Shown here piece after piece: positions 33,782 through 48,200 of a stretch of DNA of 64,000 nucleotides. Positions within the stretch are counted from its first letter, which is position 1. Each line of letters begins with the position of its first letter. The stretch lies in the NCBI RefSeq assembly GCF_964194025.1, contig NC_134477.1:17360001-17424000 (forward strand), read 5' to 3'. The notes under the pieces were generated by a model, which worked only from the letters and a program-made list of their open reading frames with translations, did no database searches and was not told the origin of the DNA. The stretch comes from Convolutriloba macropyga (lineage: Eukaryota). The translations under genes and the position numbers were made by a program.

Positions 33782-36700
33782 GTTCCTTCTATTTCCTTGA
33801 GAATACGCTTGAGTTGTTCACAGGCTTCTTTCAAGTTCTGAGACCTCTTTCTCTTCAGAGCCGAGAGCTTTGCAAGCAACTCCTCTTTCTCATCCTCTGC
33901 CTCTTCCATCTCACTCTCTCTGCGCCCCAGTTCATGCACAGCAGTGAGAAACTATTGAACTTTTCAATATTAATAAGGGTACCTTAATTTTTATCGGGAT
34001 TTTATTTCACACAAATTGGTAATAAAATTCAAAAATTAGCAGAGTCAAGGAAATGATTGCAAAGCAATATGAAAATTTTTAAAAATTTTAAGAAGACTTT
34101 CAAGGACACTCTTCTCATCAATTGAAAGGTTTGACTGTCAACCAATAGAGGTCTAAAAAAATTAACGCTAATATATATTAGTAAAGCAGAAACAAACACG
34201 TCTTTGAAAATTAAGTCAATTTCACTTTCAAACAGAATCACTTTTTTCACCATTTCTACATTTATCAATTTCAAAAGAAAAACTGTAATTAGGGAAATTT
34301 TGTCGACGATAAAGTTGGAATCCAGCAAAAAAAACGATAACGTGAGTTTCGAAATCTTCACTTTCTTCAGAATTTGTGTTGTTTTATATATATCGACTAT
34401 TGATGAAACCTGTTTGTCATCAGTTGAAATTTCTACAGAGATTCCAGTTATAGAATTAGGAGATCCACAAATGAGACCTAAAGAGCATAGGGAACTGTTT
34501 TTGATACTTCATAAGAGATTTTTTTCTTTTGCAATTTATTCCCTGAATTAGATATCAAAAACTACAGACCGATTGCCATGCTTAGCTCCTTGTCACTACT
34601 ATTTGAGCGTATGGTGTATAAACAGTTCTCAATCTTTCTGCGACAAAAGCTTTGCGTAGAGCAACATGGTTTTAGGAAAAATCGTTCAACCATCACTCAA
34701 TTACTTGTCTACTGCAACAGGTTGTATGAGTTACTTGAAGCCAACAAAATGCCAATGACAGTGTATCTAGACATAGCAAAAGCCTTTGACACCATCAATT
34801 ATAACATACTTGTAAAATTATGTCGAATGGGATTTGATAGTGCTTTCTTGAGGTTTTTTGCGTCATATTTAACAGATCGACAACAGAGAGTTGTAATATC
34901 TTGCGGAAAATCGGACTTTCGACCGATCACCAGCGGTGGGCCTCAAGGGTCAATTTTCACTGTGTTTCTTTTTTCCGTTTATATAAATGACCTACCCAAA
35001 ATAATTGTCAACGAGTGCTTTTTATACGCGGATGACACAAAAATCGTCAGCACTGTAGACAATAAAATGCAGCTGGAAAAAGATATTGAAAATGCCATTG
35101 TGTGGAGCAAGGAGAATCGGTTAAACTTCAATTTCGATAAATTTAAAAAAGTGCAATTTTCCTTACGTAAAAATCAAAACAAGCAAATTTTGCGTCTTCC
35201 CAGCCATAGAAACATCCCACAGGAAATACACTTCAAAGACCTGGGCATATATTTTTCCGAAAATTTGTCATGGGACTATCATTTAAGTTTTGTTCTACGA
35301 AAAGCCAATCAGAAGCTTGCTTATCTAAAGAGATCAATTCCAAGTGAAACAAAATTGTCAGTTAAATGCAACCTAGTCAAAACTTACATTATATCAATCT
35401 TGTTTTATGGATCAAATGTTTGGTATGCCAGTAAAACTAGCGTCAGGCAAATGGAAAGGCTTCAGAGAAAAAGTTTAAAATGGATACAATCAAACAGTCA
35501 TTTTACTGATAAAGAATACAATGATTGTCTTCGATCAGTAAATTTACTTCCGATCACATATCAACTTGTCTTTTTGGATCTCGTAGTTTTGAACAGAATT
35601 TTGACAAGAAAACTTCCACTTGAGGCAGAGCAATTTTGGCAAATAAGGAATGGACATCCGAAAACACGATCAAACGAGAAAATATTTTTATACTCAAACG
35701 AATGTAATCGCCAGCGTTGCCGATCAAATTTTTTCCAACGAGTTACAAACTTCAACAATTCGATGTCACTGGCGCGTGATTTTCCCAACTATAACCCATA
35801 TTCAAGTCCTCACAAATTCAAAAAAGAAGTCAAAGAATATCTATTTGATTTAGCTAAGAAGAATTTTAATTACAAATTGTACCCATATGGATGGACAGTG
35901 TTTGAGGGAAACCAAATTCAAGCCCCGTTAGGGACGTACTAAGCTTGGTGCAACCAAATTTAGTTAAATTCATTATTATTATTATTATTATAAATAAATG
36001 AATTATAGTACATCAATTTTGTGCGCCGTCTGTCAAACTACATTTCGTCTCAAAAAGTAGACTTGATATTTTAAATAAGCATAGGGATTAAAAAACCAAA
36101 ATTATCAAGTAAAGCTGTCACATTTTCCCTTTCAACTATCCCAAGCTCTCAAACTTTCAGATGAAAAGAAATCTAATTACCTGAGAGCATAATAATCTAA
36201 GCTAAATTAAGAACGAGCAGCCTTGGATATTATTCTAATTCTTCCTCTTTTTTCATGAAAACCTTTTCGGTTGTTTTCTGATAAGTATCTCATGTTCGTT
36301 CGATATTCTTTTGAAAACTACCTCTGCAGGAACCAGACATGTTTTTCATAGTTAAATAAACGATTTATAGATAAAAATGATGAAACTGAAAAATATAGAG
36401 AAATCGGAAAAATCCAACTTTTTTGATAAAAAAATTCCGTTTACAACTAACATGTTGCTTTCTTTATCTCAAGAAGCCAATACTAATACTCTCATTGTCT
36501 CAACTTACTTAGCCTCATGACCAAAATCTTAAAGCAAATCAATAATGCCAGAGAAATAAATACAAATAGTTAGTTAGAGAATATACCAGTTTTCCGTCAG
36601 TTCACAAGATTTAAAACATAGCCGGCAGATTGCCGGAAAACAGCCGCGATAGACGCTTGTGGCGTTACATGAATTGAAACAAATATAGAAAAAAATAGAC

Positions 36701-38498
36701 AGATCGACCACCAGTCCCTTAATAGACCACTAGACTTTTTGGGTTAGATTCGGACAGTCAGTTTTATGAGACAAATAAGCTCTATAAGGAGAAAAACCTA
36801 ATAAGGCTTTTCAAAATTAGTATTCAAAATCAAAAACTCAAGACTAATATTCAAGAATTAGGGCATATAACTTTGCAACTACTTAGATTTTCTCACGAGG
36901 CAAACAATTTAGAAGTGGCAGAGGTTACAGAAACTTTTAGGGCGCAAAAACTGTTGACTAGGTAGATGTTCAAAATCGCAACCTCTCGGATGGAGTAGAT
37001 GACATTAAGCACTACACTTCAAGGGCAGTGCACGTTCATCGCTCACAATCGGCTTCATTTTAGCAAGAGTCTTAATTTCTGAATGCTTGCAAATCACCCA
37101 AAAAATCGAATGGTGAAGCGTAAAAGAGTCACTCGAGAAGTGAAATCAAAGTGTTCTACATGAAAACGGTCAAGCGAAAGTATTGTATAAAAATACACAC
37201 GCATTAAAATACGATAATAATTGCTTCAAATTTCGTTCAAGAGCAATTAAACTTAGCACTTTTTTCAATTAGCTAGCTTTTGAAATACAAAAGATACCAA
37301 AGGTTACTGATATTTAAAGATACGTAACCCCTTCCCCGGAGATCATATTCAAGTTTTCTAAATATTAGATTCGCTTTTTCAATAAGCCGCAATTTTTTTT
37401 TCAAATCAAAATCAAAATGATCTTACTCATTCTTCTCCGAGATGCGTACACAAAAAGTGGAAATTTGAGTGAAGACGAAAAAAGACGAAGCAGAGAGATA
37501 TTGCCCCATTTTGAAAAAGAATAGACTATTAAGCCAAAATATTTCTAGATTAAAATAACTTTCTGACCGTTCGAGTATCTATTGAGAGATGTGACTTCTA
37601 AAACAGTAGCCACTATATTAGACTTCGGTCATCGTTGCCTGTGCATGACTTGCTTCAGCATAATTGCTTTTTTGGCTTTATTCAGCTGCTTGTTAGTCTC
37701 TTTCAGCTTCATCTCGGCTTCCTGCAGCTGTTGATGAACTTAAGAGATCAACAGTTTCCTAATTAATTACATGAACGCTATAATCTAGATCTAATTTCCA
37801 TATATTTTCGCACAAGAGCTGTTTATCGTGTTGTATCACAAAATTTTCCCGTTTAAGATATAGAGGACTTTAGAGGAAAAGATCCAGACATCCAGCAAGA
37901 ACACGATTCTTTTAAAAAAATGAGCACTTTTGGACTGGCACTCCAACAAAACAATGACCCCTTGTTGACTTTCAGCAGCCACATTACCTATACAATACCC
38001 AATTTTCGACTGCTTATATGAGCAATTGTAACGCACTAATCAATCAGTTGTCTAATAAACTAAAATATATTTTGTCTCCTACGCTGGGACGGGGGACAGA
38101 TTTGATAAATTAAAAAATATGAAGTTGGAGCAAAACGAGATATCAAAATCAGGTTTGGGATGTCTCAAAAAAGCAGTCAGGAAACAGATGCCTTTCATCA
38201 TCTCAGCTTCGAGTGACTCAATGGAGCTGACTGATTTATTTCTCGTGTCTGCGTCTTTAGCTAGTTTCTTTCCACAATCACTGACAGATATGTTAGGTTC
38301 TTCAGAAATCGTTCCCTGGCTTTTGGACTCTTTAGATAGCATTTCCAGCTTTCCAGCGCTCAAATCTAGATAACTTTCCCCTTTATTGTTTCTTGATATA
38401 TCCTTACAATTGGTGTCTGTCAATGGCAATTTATCTGGTTCATCAGATTCTGCAGGCGGATATTTTTCACAAGCATTGTTGACTCCATTTGCACTCAT
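33782..38498 (-). pseudogene. Fragments of a multi-exon host coiled-coil gene, possibly decayed
   Basis: Candidate exons are 38498-~38190 (MSANGV...EAEMMK), ~37740-37630 (HQQLQEAEMKLKETNKQLNKAKK), ~36323-36230 (with stops) and 33951-~33782 (FLTAVHELGRRESEMEEAEDEKEELL..., after a TTCAATAG acceptor). That they belong to one gene is inferred. Confidence 0.4.
34551..35998 (+). mobile_element. 5'-truncated CR1/L2-group LINE (RT domain, ORF to 35942)
   Basis: NYRPI, QHGFR, YLDIAKAFD, GPQGS, YADD and DLGI motifs, an (ATT)n tail at ~35968-35990, and a candidate TSD TGAATTA at 34544-34550 and 35999-36005. Confidence 0.92.
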
Positions 38499-39092
38499 AC
38501 TTTTTCTCTTTTCTTAATAGTTATTTCTGACAATTTGTTTTCGATTTCTTTCAATGTTGTTTCACTGGCTCAAGTGCAAAACTACCCGCAAATCAAGGTA
38601 CCGCTAAATCGATATTGAAAAACATTAATGAAGGCGGCAACATTATTGCATGCACAATGCAAGATTGATTTACAGATTCACGTGATTGTTTTTAGCTTAG
38701 AACACAAATGTTAGTCGACCGGGGGACTTAGTGGCCTGACACGAGGCTGCTTGCGACCGAGTGATGGGCACAAAGCACGATGGTTACTAGGATTTAAGTT
38801 CTAACGTATTTTGAGCATCAGAGGAAAAAATTAGACGCTTTTTCTCGACACTTGCCATTGTAACAAGGAAAGGCAACTACGTGGGCAAGAAACTTAGACA
38901 AAATTGCAGTAAAAACATTTATATTGCTACGTGGTTTCCACTTGTGCAACTTAGTCAACAAATTGCGAACAAGTTGACTACGTTGAGCCGCATCGAAGTT
39001 TCAGCTATAATAACACAAAGTGATCAAAACTTTTCAATCAACACTAACTATCCAATAACTCAATTATCCAATATATGTAACACGTACATATT

Positions 39093-39253
39093 GGGATCTT
39101 TTCAGTTTGTGCCCCTAGTACGTTATGCAACCCCAGTTATAGAGCACGTGCCATTATATAGTAAATCATTATGTAAAAATATTGCACGTGCGTATGGGAG
39201 GGTGCAAATAATATGCTCCCAGTAAGCTACGTGGAAACAGACGGAAAAAATCC
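39093..39253 (+). mobile_element. ~160-bp MITE, copy 1
   Basis: Homologous to 60258-60420, with degenerate TIRs GGATCTTTTC.GTTTGTGCCCC / ACGGAAAA.ATCC. Confidence 0.75.
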
Positions 39254-39874
39254 GTATATTGATTGCTGCGTTTTGAATCATCAAGTAAGGTTTAAACTGC
39301 CGAAAGTCTGCAGTGCCAGAAGTTTGAATTCCATAAAGTTTCGGCATTCTGCAAGTTGCCAGTTTTAAGCATAGAATACGTGACTATTTGAATGGACTGA
39401 TAATTTTTGGCGTTTAAACGGGAAACGGGTAGCGGTTGGAGGTGTGACGCCAGAACTTCAAAGTGACTTCAGCATTCACTGCCATGAAATTTCATTTTAT
39501 AAGGTCCAAGAGCGTGTTTTAAGTAATGGTTAAGTGACTCTGCCTGAAGTCACTCAGAACTTCTGGCGTGTCAGAATTTCGTAATGACTTCTGCAGAGTC
39601 ACGTAACCATGCTCTAAACACGAAACGCGCACGTTTTAAAATGACGAAAGTCAACGGAAGTCAACTGGCTAAGTAGGAACTTCTGGCACTACAGACTTTC
39701 GGCACTTTAAAATGTGAACGCGAATGTTTTAAGCACCGAACAAAGTAACGTAATTGCAGAACTGAGGATCCTTCAACTAGGATTACTTAACCAATACTTT
39801 AAACACACATGTGCACGTTTTAAATTGCAAAAATTCTGCAGTGCCAAAAGTTAACGCGAAAGAGGTTACTATTT

Positions 39875-40034
39875 GATCTTTTCCGTTTGTGCCCCCCCCC
39901 CCCCCAGATTATTGGGTGCATATTATTATGCACCCCCAAACACATGTGCCATATTTTTACATAACGATTTAAATGGAAATGACGCGTGCTCTGTAACTGG
40001 AGGGAGCATAACGTACTGGGGGTCACAAAGATCC
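39875..40034 (-). mobile_element. ~160-bp MITE, copy 2 (inverted)
   Basis: The internal sequence is the reverse complement of copies 1 and 3 (e.g. CGTGCTCTGTAAC vs GTTACAGAGCACG). Confidence 0.75.
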
Positions 40035-40175
40035 TACTATTTACACAGCCAGAAGTTGACTTCCATTGACTTTGCACTTTCCTTATAAAGATCGTGCGAT
40101 ACTTTAAATTTTTGACACAATTGCAAAGGCAGTTTTTTGTGTTTTGACATCATAATTGGTCTTTATTAGAGATAG

Positions 40176-40177
<2 letters not shown>

Positions 40178-40224
<47 letters not shown>
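40178..40224. repeat. (GA)n microsatellite
   Basis: Perfect AG/GA run. Confidence 0.98.
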
Positions 40225-40229
<5 letters not shown>

Positions 40230-40977
40230 CGACTGAGAAACACTATATTAATATATAGGGATAGCTGATGCTAAATATACAAGTGTAAATGATTTATAAA
40301 TACACGAAATTTTAACAGTGAACAGGTTGATTGAAGTGGAAAACCATGTGCTAGCTTGTTGAATAGGAACTGCCGCGTTCTCTGGCTATAAAATATTTTT
40401 AATAACTAATTTTACAACTGAATCTCGCAGGTGCAATGGTAGTGAGTTCCACTTCAACGATACATGAGATTGATGATGATGAGCATGATTTAGAAGAGCA
40501 TGAAGAAATGAATAAGTCTACATAGAGTATTTGGTCAGTACGCAAGTTAAATATAAGTGGCCGTAGATAATTGAAGCTGGTGTTGAAAGGCTTAATAAGT
40601 GCGCTAAGGTTTTTAACTCAATCAGTCGTCTTATGCCCATATTTTTCTTTTTCTTAAATCATTTCATTTTATACTGCGACCGAACATACAAACTTCAGAG
40701 CAAAATTCATCTGTTCCGCCACAGAAAGCACCAAAGGTGAACTGCTTTGGAAGAAACAAAGAAGAAAAAATCAAGTGACCAATTACAAGGCGTGGAAAAG
40801 CATATGTAATAGAGTGCTAGGTAATCGATGTACAACTTCATCGGGTTTGATACCAACCGACTTAGTTTTCATTATTTTTTGCACTTGCGTTTGAACAGTT
40901 CAACACCCAAGTATTTATATTGATTTTATTTTTAATTGCCCTCAAACAAAGTTTTTAGCAATTATATTAGTCCGTTC

Positions 40978-41230
40978 AGTCACTATTCTCCAAGTATGTA
41001 AATCACACTTGGAAAACTGTTTTGGAGACTTAAATTTATGGTATGAAGGGCGGTTCTTAGAGGTTGAACCCCCCTCCCAACCAGATCAGCCCCCCTCTCG
41101 CTTCACCCCCTCCCCAATCGCCACCCCTGCACATAGTTCAGGCCGTAAGGGCCCCGTGCAGCCAACAACCCTACCACCGTTGCCCTCGGTGCATCCTACC
41201 CCCTGCTGCGCTCAACGCAAGCCCCTTCAA
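40978..41230 (+). repeat. Interspersed GC-rich repeat of unknown class, copy 1
   Basis: Shares CTCCAAGTA...AAAACTGTTTTG.AGACTTA...GTTCAGGCCGTAAGGGCCCCGTGCAGCCAA with the reverse complement of 46430-46697. Confidence 0.75.
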
Positions 41231-44200
41231 TTAAGCAAAAGCTAGACTCACTAAACAGTGGCTAGCTAAAGACGAAGCCAACCGCTCATTTGAGAGCAAT
41301 TCACCCGACGTTAGTCGGTCATGTTTCAACTATAACTGTACGACAATTCCAGTCTCCCAATCGTTGACACTTATGCAGGAGCTAATAGGCTAAATTTTCG
41401 ACGTTCAAATTTAACCTATTGATCCAAAAAACTGAACCGGCGAAGGTAATTTCCTACTATCAATAAAAATTTGATTCGTTTAAGCAAGCTTTTTTCTATC
41501 GTTCTGGAAAAAGTAGTTATCAAGGAAGGTAGTTTACAGGGCACAAGACGTCATCGTGTTCAAGAAGTGGGCTATGACAGCTCTTTTAAGCATCACAGGA
41601 AATACACAGACTTGATGCATTGATTTTAGTACGAACGTCATGTGGGGCCAATATTTGCTTCCCGTCAATAATAGCCCATGCAAGTACTTTACAAGGACCA
41701 GTTGGCTTGTTGAAATATGTCTCTACTGGCCAAAACCTAAAGATGAGTCGCCAAGAGCAAAGCTCGATGCTTCATTTTTCTTTCTAAAAAACTGACCTAA
41801 GTATGAAAACACAAAATAATCTGCAATTTTTGTATCATAAACACCCACTTCACCGAATTCAAGAATTTTCGATTAATTTATCAGCAATATTTACAGCTTG
41901 TTATTTTCCCCCTAACATTGTTGATAAAATTCCAGCAATCGCTAGCAGTACAAAGTGAATGAAAACGGATCAAGAACTCCTAACCAAACCTAACTGACCA
42001 AACCAAATTTCCTTTAAGCTTTAGTTTTTTATTTTAAAAAACTCAGAACTTAAGCGTACGTTCAACCATGAATCGATCAATAAAAAAGTTTGTTCGCCAA
42101 AAGCAAGAAATGTCTAACGCTCTTTCATCGTGCAAAATACAAAACACTTGTACAAAGTAAGCTTGTCTAATTTGTTGTCTTTAACTGAAAACCATGCTTT
42201 TCTACACTGGTTCCCTAACCCAATTTTCCGACAAACAAAACAAAATGTGCTTACGATTGAAGGTGGCATTTTTAAAATCAAATCCAAAAAAAGTATTTGG
42301 TTAGAAAGAAGATTCCACGTCCACAAACTTCTAAAAACTTTGACTCTCAAATTTTGCGGAAAAATTTTGCAATTCAAGTAAAAAGTCTTGTAATGAAAGT
42401 AAACGATTAATTTATCAGTAATGTCAATCATGATTTTAAATAACTCAGTTTAATTATTGAAGACAGTAAGATCTCAATTATCGGTTTCAATTGCGATCTA
42501 CTTATTGCATCCATCTGCGGTTGTCTTCTTCCTTTTCTTTATTTCCTAGTGAGCTGTGCTGGCACCTCTCAATGTTGGACATCACTACCTATACAAACAT
42601 ATATTGGCATTCAACAGACTTTTGAGTCAGACTGATCAGATCAGACAATTCACACTCATAAAACGGGCCCACGGGATACCTAGGTCGAGCGGAATCATTG
42701 GGTTGAGAGCCTTTGTTCTCCGGCCATCCCAATTCAATGATTTCACTTCAAGGCCAATTCTGCTTATTGTAGCAGTGGTCAGCAGCTAAATTGCGAGTTC
42801 AATTTCAGCGAGCAAGTTCTTAGGTGTCTACTCGATTATTTTCCAAATTTAGCAACAATACTTTTCCCAGTAATATTAACCTGCAGCCTATTCAAATTAA
42901 TTTAAAGTCCGTGTAGCCAATCGTTGGAGCAAGTCTCCCGAATCTTTCAAACTCAGGAAAGAAGCTTAGGGTCTCCTTCGTATCTCTTAGAGGCTGACCT
43001 AAAGTATGATCCTTCTGGCCCTCAGCTGTCTTTATCTCTTAAGAGGATCTATCAATTCCTGTTTATCGATTCACCCTTTTGTAATTGATCTTCATGGCCA
43101 TAAGAGAAGGTATATTGAGGAGAGAGCACTCACTTGCTATCTTGCTTGTGCCACTTGTCTCAAGACCTCATTTCATCCAAGTTGAGCCACTAACTTCGCC
43201 ATCAGCTTTACTATTATCAATTATTTTGCTGTTAATTGCTACAACTTTGCTCATATCTGAATCAGTGGCTTCATCAGTCTGAGATATTTGGACCTTAACA
43301 ATAATTTCTTCGTCTAGGGCATTAGAATCAAAATAAGAACTTCAGTCTTCGGAAAACATCTCAATTTTGACAGCTCCATTGAATTGGTTCAATATTTCCT
43401 TCTATTGCTCATCTGCATAAGCAAGATATCCGATGACATCCTGGTTTTCTTCACAGAGCAACCTGTTTCAGATTCATTGAACATCAGATCCGTTGGTTAG
43501 TTATATTAAACAGCATTGTTTTATTCAATTGAGAAGAAACTTGTAATCTTGCCATATGGCTCTCAGCTGAGGAATGGATATTTCAAATTCTCTCTGGGTA
43601 CAATCTTTGCTCAATGCACTTCACAGAGCTCATCTATATATAAAATTGAACGTTTTAGCGTTCGTTGATATTATTTGAATTTCCAGGTGTCAAAAATGAT
43701 TTTCCTATGGACTGTTGTCCTGTACTTGTTGGGCGACACATGATTAAGACCAGATTTCTGCACGGTTTAACCGAAATCCCCAACAAATTTACATCTCTTC
43801 GTGGTCTCAAAGTCTTCGGTAAGCCATTTGACTGAAGATGTCGTTTGAAAAATTGACCTCTGTAAAACTAACTTGACGAACCAGTGACAAGGAATTACTA
43901 TGCTGTGTTTCTCATTTAAACGCATTCTGCTTAACAGCCATTCAGTTAGATCGTCATCCTCTGTTCAAACTTTGTACCGTAATACGTGCTATCACGTGCA
44001 ATCAAATCAGGTCAATCGAAGGAAATAATAAAAGGGATTAGTAAATTATATTTCAAAGTACAACTATATTAAAGCAAGAACAAGAAAAGCAAAAGTATTT
44101 AAATTTGCTATATACAGAACTATGTTGAATTCTCAAAATACAAAAAGTTTCAAAATGAATTCAAGGAGATATTTACAAAACACATTGATGATAGTGATAG

Positions 44201-45270
44201 TACCCATCTGTTTTCTTAACCCACCTCCCGATAATTATGCAAAGAAATGAACCAATGCAAAACCTAAACAGAGCCAAATTTGGTTTGCACACCAAAATAG
44301 GGACTGTCAAATAATTGTTTACGAAAGCTAATCAGTGTAGTTTTCATGATTCAGTAGAACTATGCTACAATTTTTCAATTGTTTTAAAAAAATAATTGAA
44401 AAACGTTAGTAGAGTTGCGTTTCTATAGAAGTTCTTAGCAAAAATGCGCAATTATTGTACATTTGGGTATACCAAAATAGTCAAGAATTATAAATGGTAG
44501 CATATATTGGTGTTTGATTATTGTAAACTAAGGAAAAATTCCCCAAAAACGAATATTTTTCTTGCAAATATTTAGCATGTATGATTAACCAGGTGGTTAT
44601 TTTAATTTACATGTTTCAGATTTTTAAAAAAAAATATTAATGTTCTTAGGATGTTCTGCACGAGAGAGGCGAGAAAAATACAGATGGTAAACTATGGGAA
44701 CAAATGAATTATAACGAGAAGTGATATATCCTTACTGCAAAATAAGGCATCTATATGCACTACAAATAATATCAATAAGATAGACAAGGAGAATGGGAAC
44801 TCATAGCACAACATGGGAAGTATCAGCAAAAGTCAAATGTATCACCATGACTAAAACTGGAGACAGGTTTTAGAAAAGAGCGGTTTCCTACTATTGAAAC
44901 TTTTTAATTAAAAAAACAACGGAGAACCACTTTTTAGGAAATTCAGCGGCTGGTCTGTTTCTTCTGAAAATGAATTCGATAATTCAGACAATTATAAATA
45001 CAACTTTCTGCAATTTCGTTGTTCTTCATTCAAAATATTTAGAGCAGCTAAAAAACTTAGAAAGAAAATTGGAGTTAAAAAAGCGCCTACTTTTGCCCAC
45101 TCATTCTAATACAGATAATTGAGTTAAAATGGGGTATTTATAAGTGAGGAAAATGTGGTTTCATTTATATCAGGTCTCAATTAAACATTTGAATTCAAAA
45201 AAATGGAAAAAGTAGGAAATAGCTTTTTCGATTTTGCAAGTAGGAAAACGTTTGCAAATTGGAGCTTCAT

Positions 45271-48200
45271 TTACATTGATAACAAATTGTCATCGTTCGC
45301 ATCATCCGTTTCTTGAGAAAAGGCTTGGGCTCCTGTTTCGATGTTGTTATAGTACCTGTCAGGTCTGCTAGCACCACCGTACCGCAACCTGTCCAATAAA
45401 CCCACACATTTATCACCCAAACCAAACCATACTTCTGAATTGGGCAATTGTTCCCATCCTCTCGCATCGAGGTAGATCCGCTTGTACAGGATTCCAATTG
45501 AGAAGTAGAAAAAGACTCCCAGTAAAACAACTATGAGAAGAATTGAGAAAAATGACATTCCACTACTGCCGCCTGACTTTGCAATTTTCTGTGAATTGTT
45601 GCCGTTGTCTTGGCTATCGGTGCCTTTTTTGTTATCTTCTGACTTGTTATCTTGACCGTCTTTATCGTTAGGGTTCTGTTCATTACAGATATGCTTTGTA
45701 TCGATTTCGAACAAATAATAGCAAGTTCCAGTTTTGATGAAGCTTTTTGCAGATTTTACCAAGGCCTTGTCAGTTTGGGCGTTACACGTGATATGTATGT
45801 ATGATCGCCTATGTTTACCGGCACAGTTTCCATCCGTGTAGTTATCTCCCCCTCCGAATGAAATGAGGGCCCATTCGTTTCCATATAGTGCGGTTTGAAC
45901 TTGATTGGTTACTCCGAGTGTAGTACTTTTGTCACCATTTTTTGAAGTAACAGCGGGCTGAAAAACGATCATTAAAAGCAAATTTTTGTCGGGGCATAGA
46001 GAAAGTATTTGAAACTTAGCTCACATTTAAACAAAAATTCTGAAAACAAATTACAGGCTGAATAACTACAGAACCCGAAAAACCACAGATTCACCTACAA
46101 AGGTCTTTAAAAAGGGAAATATAAAGACAAACAAATTTTTATAAATTGAGGCTGCTTATCGTGTTGCTCCGCTTTTCAGTTTCCAATACAACCAACTAAA
46201 AATGTAAAAGGTGTACAGGCGCTTCTAATAATGTGATAATGTGATATATGAACTCGAAAACGTTCAATTATAGAAAAGGGTCTATAGTTTCTGATATGAG
46301 AGTCAGAAATATCAGCAAATTTAAAATTTGACGTAATAACTTTGTCGATAGTAGCTTAAACGAATAATTTCATTGCAGAAAACAGAAATTTCACATTTGA
46401 AATATTAGTGTTCTTTGTTCTATGAAACACCGGGGGGGGGGGGGGGTGATGGGGGGTGGGGGCAACAGTGGGGGTGGGGAGGGGGCAATGGGAGGGGTTC
46501 TTTGGCTGCACGGGGCCCTTACGGCCTGAACGATGTGCAGAGGTAGGAATTTGGGGGGGGGGGGAAGTGAGGGGGTGGGGGCTGATGCGGGTTGGGGGGG
46601 GGGGGGGGTGTTGAGTCAACTTATAAGAACCCCCCCTCACACCATAAGTATAAGTCTACAAAACAGTTTGTGAATCACGTACTTGGAGACTAGTGAGCTG
46701 AAAAGCTCTAAGAGAGCTTAATTCCCGCTGGGTGTTACCTGTTTATCCTGTTTTTGAGATAAAAAAGTCAAATGGGTCAGACGAATAATCGGTCACGCGC
46801 AAAATCGCATTAAAAAAGACCAACAGGACTAATATAATTGCTACAAACTTCGTTTGAGAGCAATTAACTACAAACTTTGTTTGAGAGCAATTAAATATAA
46901 AGATCAAGTGTTGCTCGAAATTCTTTGGGATTAGTGGGATTTTGTAATCGCCTCCACTAAAAAAAATAACAATATTTCCTGATTCATTACTTTTAAATAC
47001 CCAAAATGCAGAACTTTGTCTGATAAGGAAAACGAAAAAGTCCAATAATCATCTCGAAGAACCGACCGTTTCAAAGAAAGCAGAGGCAGAGAAAACTGTT
47101 TATCAACCTTACTTCAAAACAATTTTGTAATTTTAGCAACTAGCTCAATAAAAAAGCATACATGTATCTACCCGAACCACATTGCGGATACATTTAACGT
47201 AAAAAAAATGTTTGGTGTAATTAGAAAGGATATCTCTTAAATAACCTCCAATTAGAGTGAAACACACTCAGTTAACAATTAAATTTTTCAAAAGTTATTT
47301 TTAAGAGAGTAAGATAAGTCAAGTGTGATCAAAAACGTAATCAAGCGAATGAACAGAAAACTCGTTCTACTAAGAGTGAAAAGTGACGTCAAGCATGCAA
47401 ATCAAAATTGTATGAACGAATGAACAAAAGCAGATCTGAAGTGATTTCAATCCAGAGAACTGGCTAAACAAATAACCTTACGATTAATATTATACATCAA
47501 CATCTAAGACAGTCAACATAGCCCTTGCCCCTATATGCGCAAAAAGAACAAAAAAGTCAAAAACAAATAGAAAATTTTCTTTCCCAAATTTAGCGCTTTA
47601 AGAATCACTTAAAAACAATTTTTGAAACTATTGATTCCATGCATCCTTAGAGTAAGTGCAACATACAATAATCGTGTGGGAATCAGACAAAAAAGAGACA
47701 AAAACTGAAGAAAATCGACAAAAATTAGAAACTTTGAAAATCAGTGGCGCAGAACTAAGAGAATCTCAAAAAGCAAGAAAGTTGTTGGCTCCAGAGGCCG
47801 GAAAAACTCAAAACATGACAAAAAAAATTTAAACTAAAAAAAAAGAAAAATTGATAAATTTCGTGTTAAGATCTTGAAACCCCTAGAGCCCCTAGAAACT
47901 ATTCAGTAAACTATTATCAATCCCTATAGTAGTTCCCTGTCCCCTGAGGCTGCAGAATGTCAAAATTCAGAAACTGAGGAGAGCGAAAACTCCATTGACA
48001 CTGGTGTTAAGACTCTGGAGTTAAGACCCTGGCATAAACAACAAAAGTAGACAAAAAACAGTTTTGCATTAAACGACATTATGCACAGCATATCAGCCAA
48101 AAAACTGACGGACCACCGGGAAAAAAACCATAACAAAAATTTAAGAAAATTAACCAAGGAAAAATTGCTGCATTCAGGGCTCAAAAATATCAAAAGCTGG

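Noticed and set aside
42430-44000. Possible decayed coding or retroelement relic on the minus strand
   Set aside because: The composition looks coding-like, but it has many stops and no motif I can identify with confidence.
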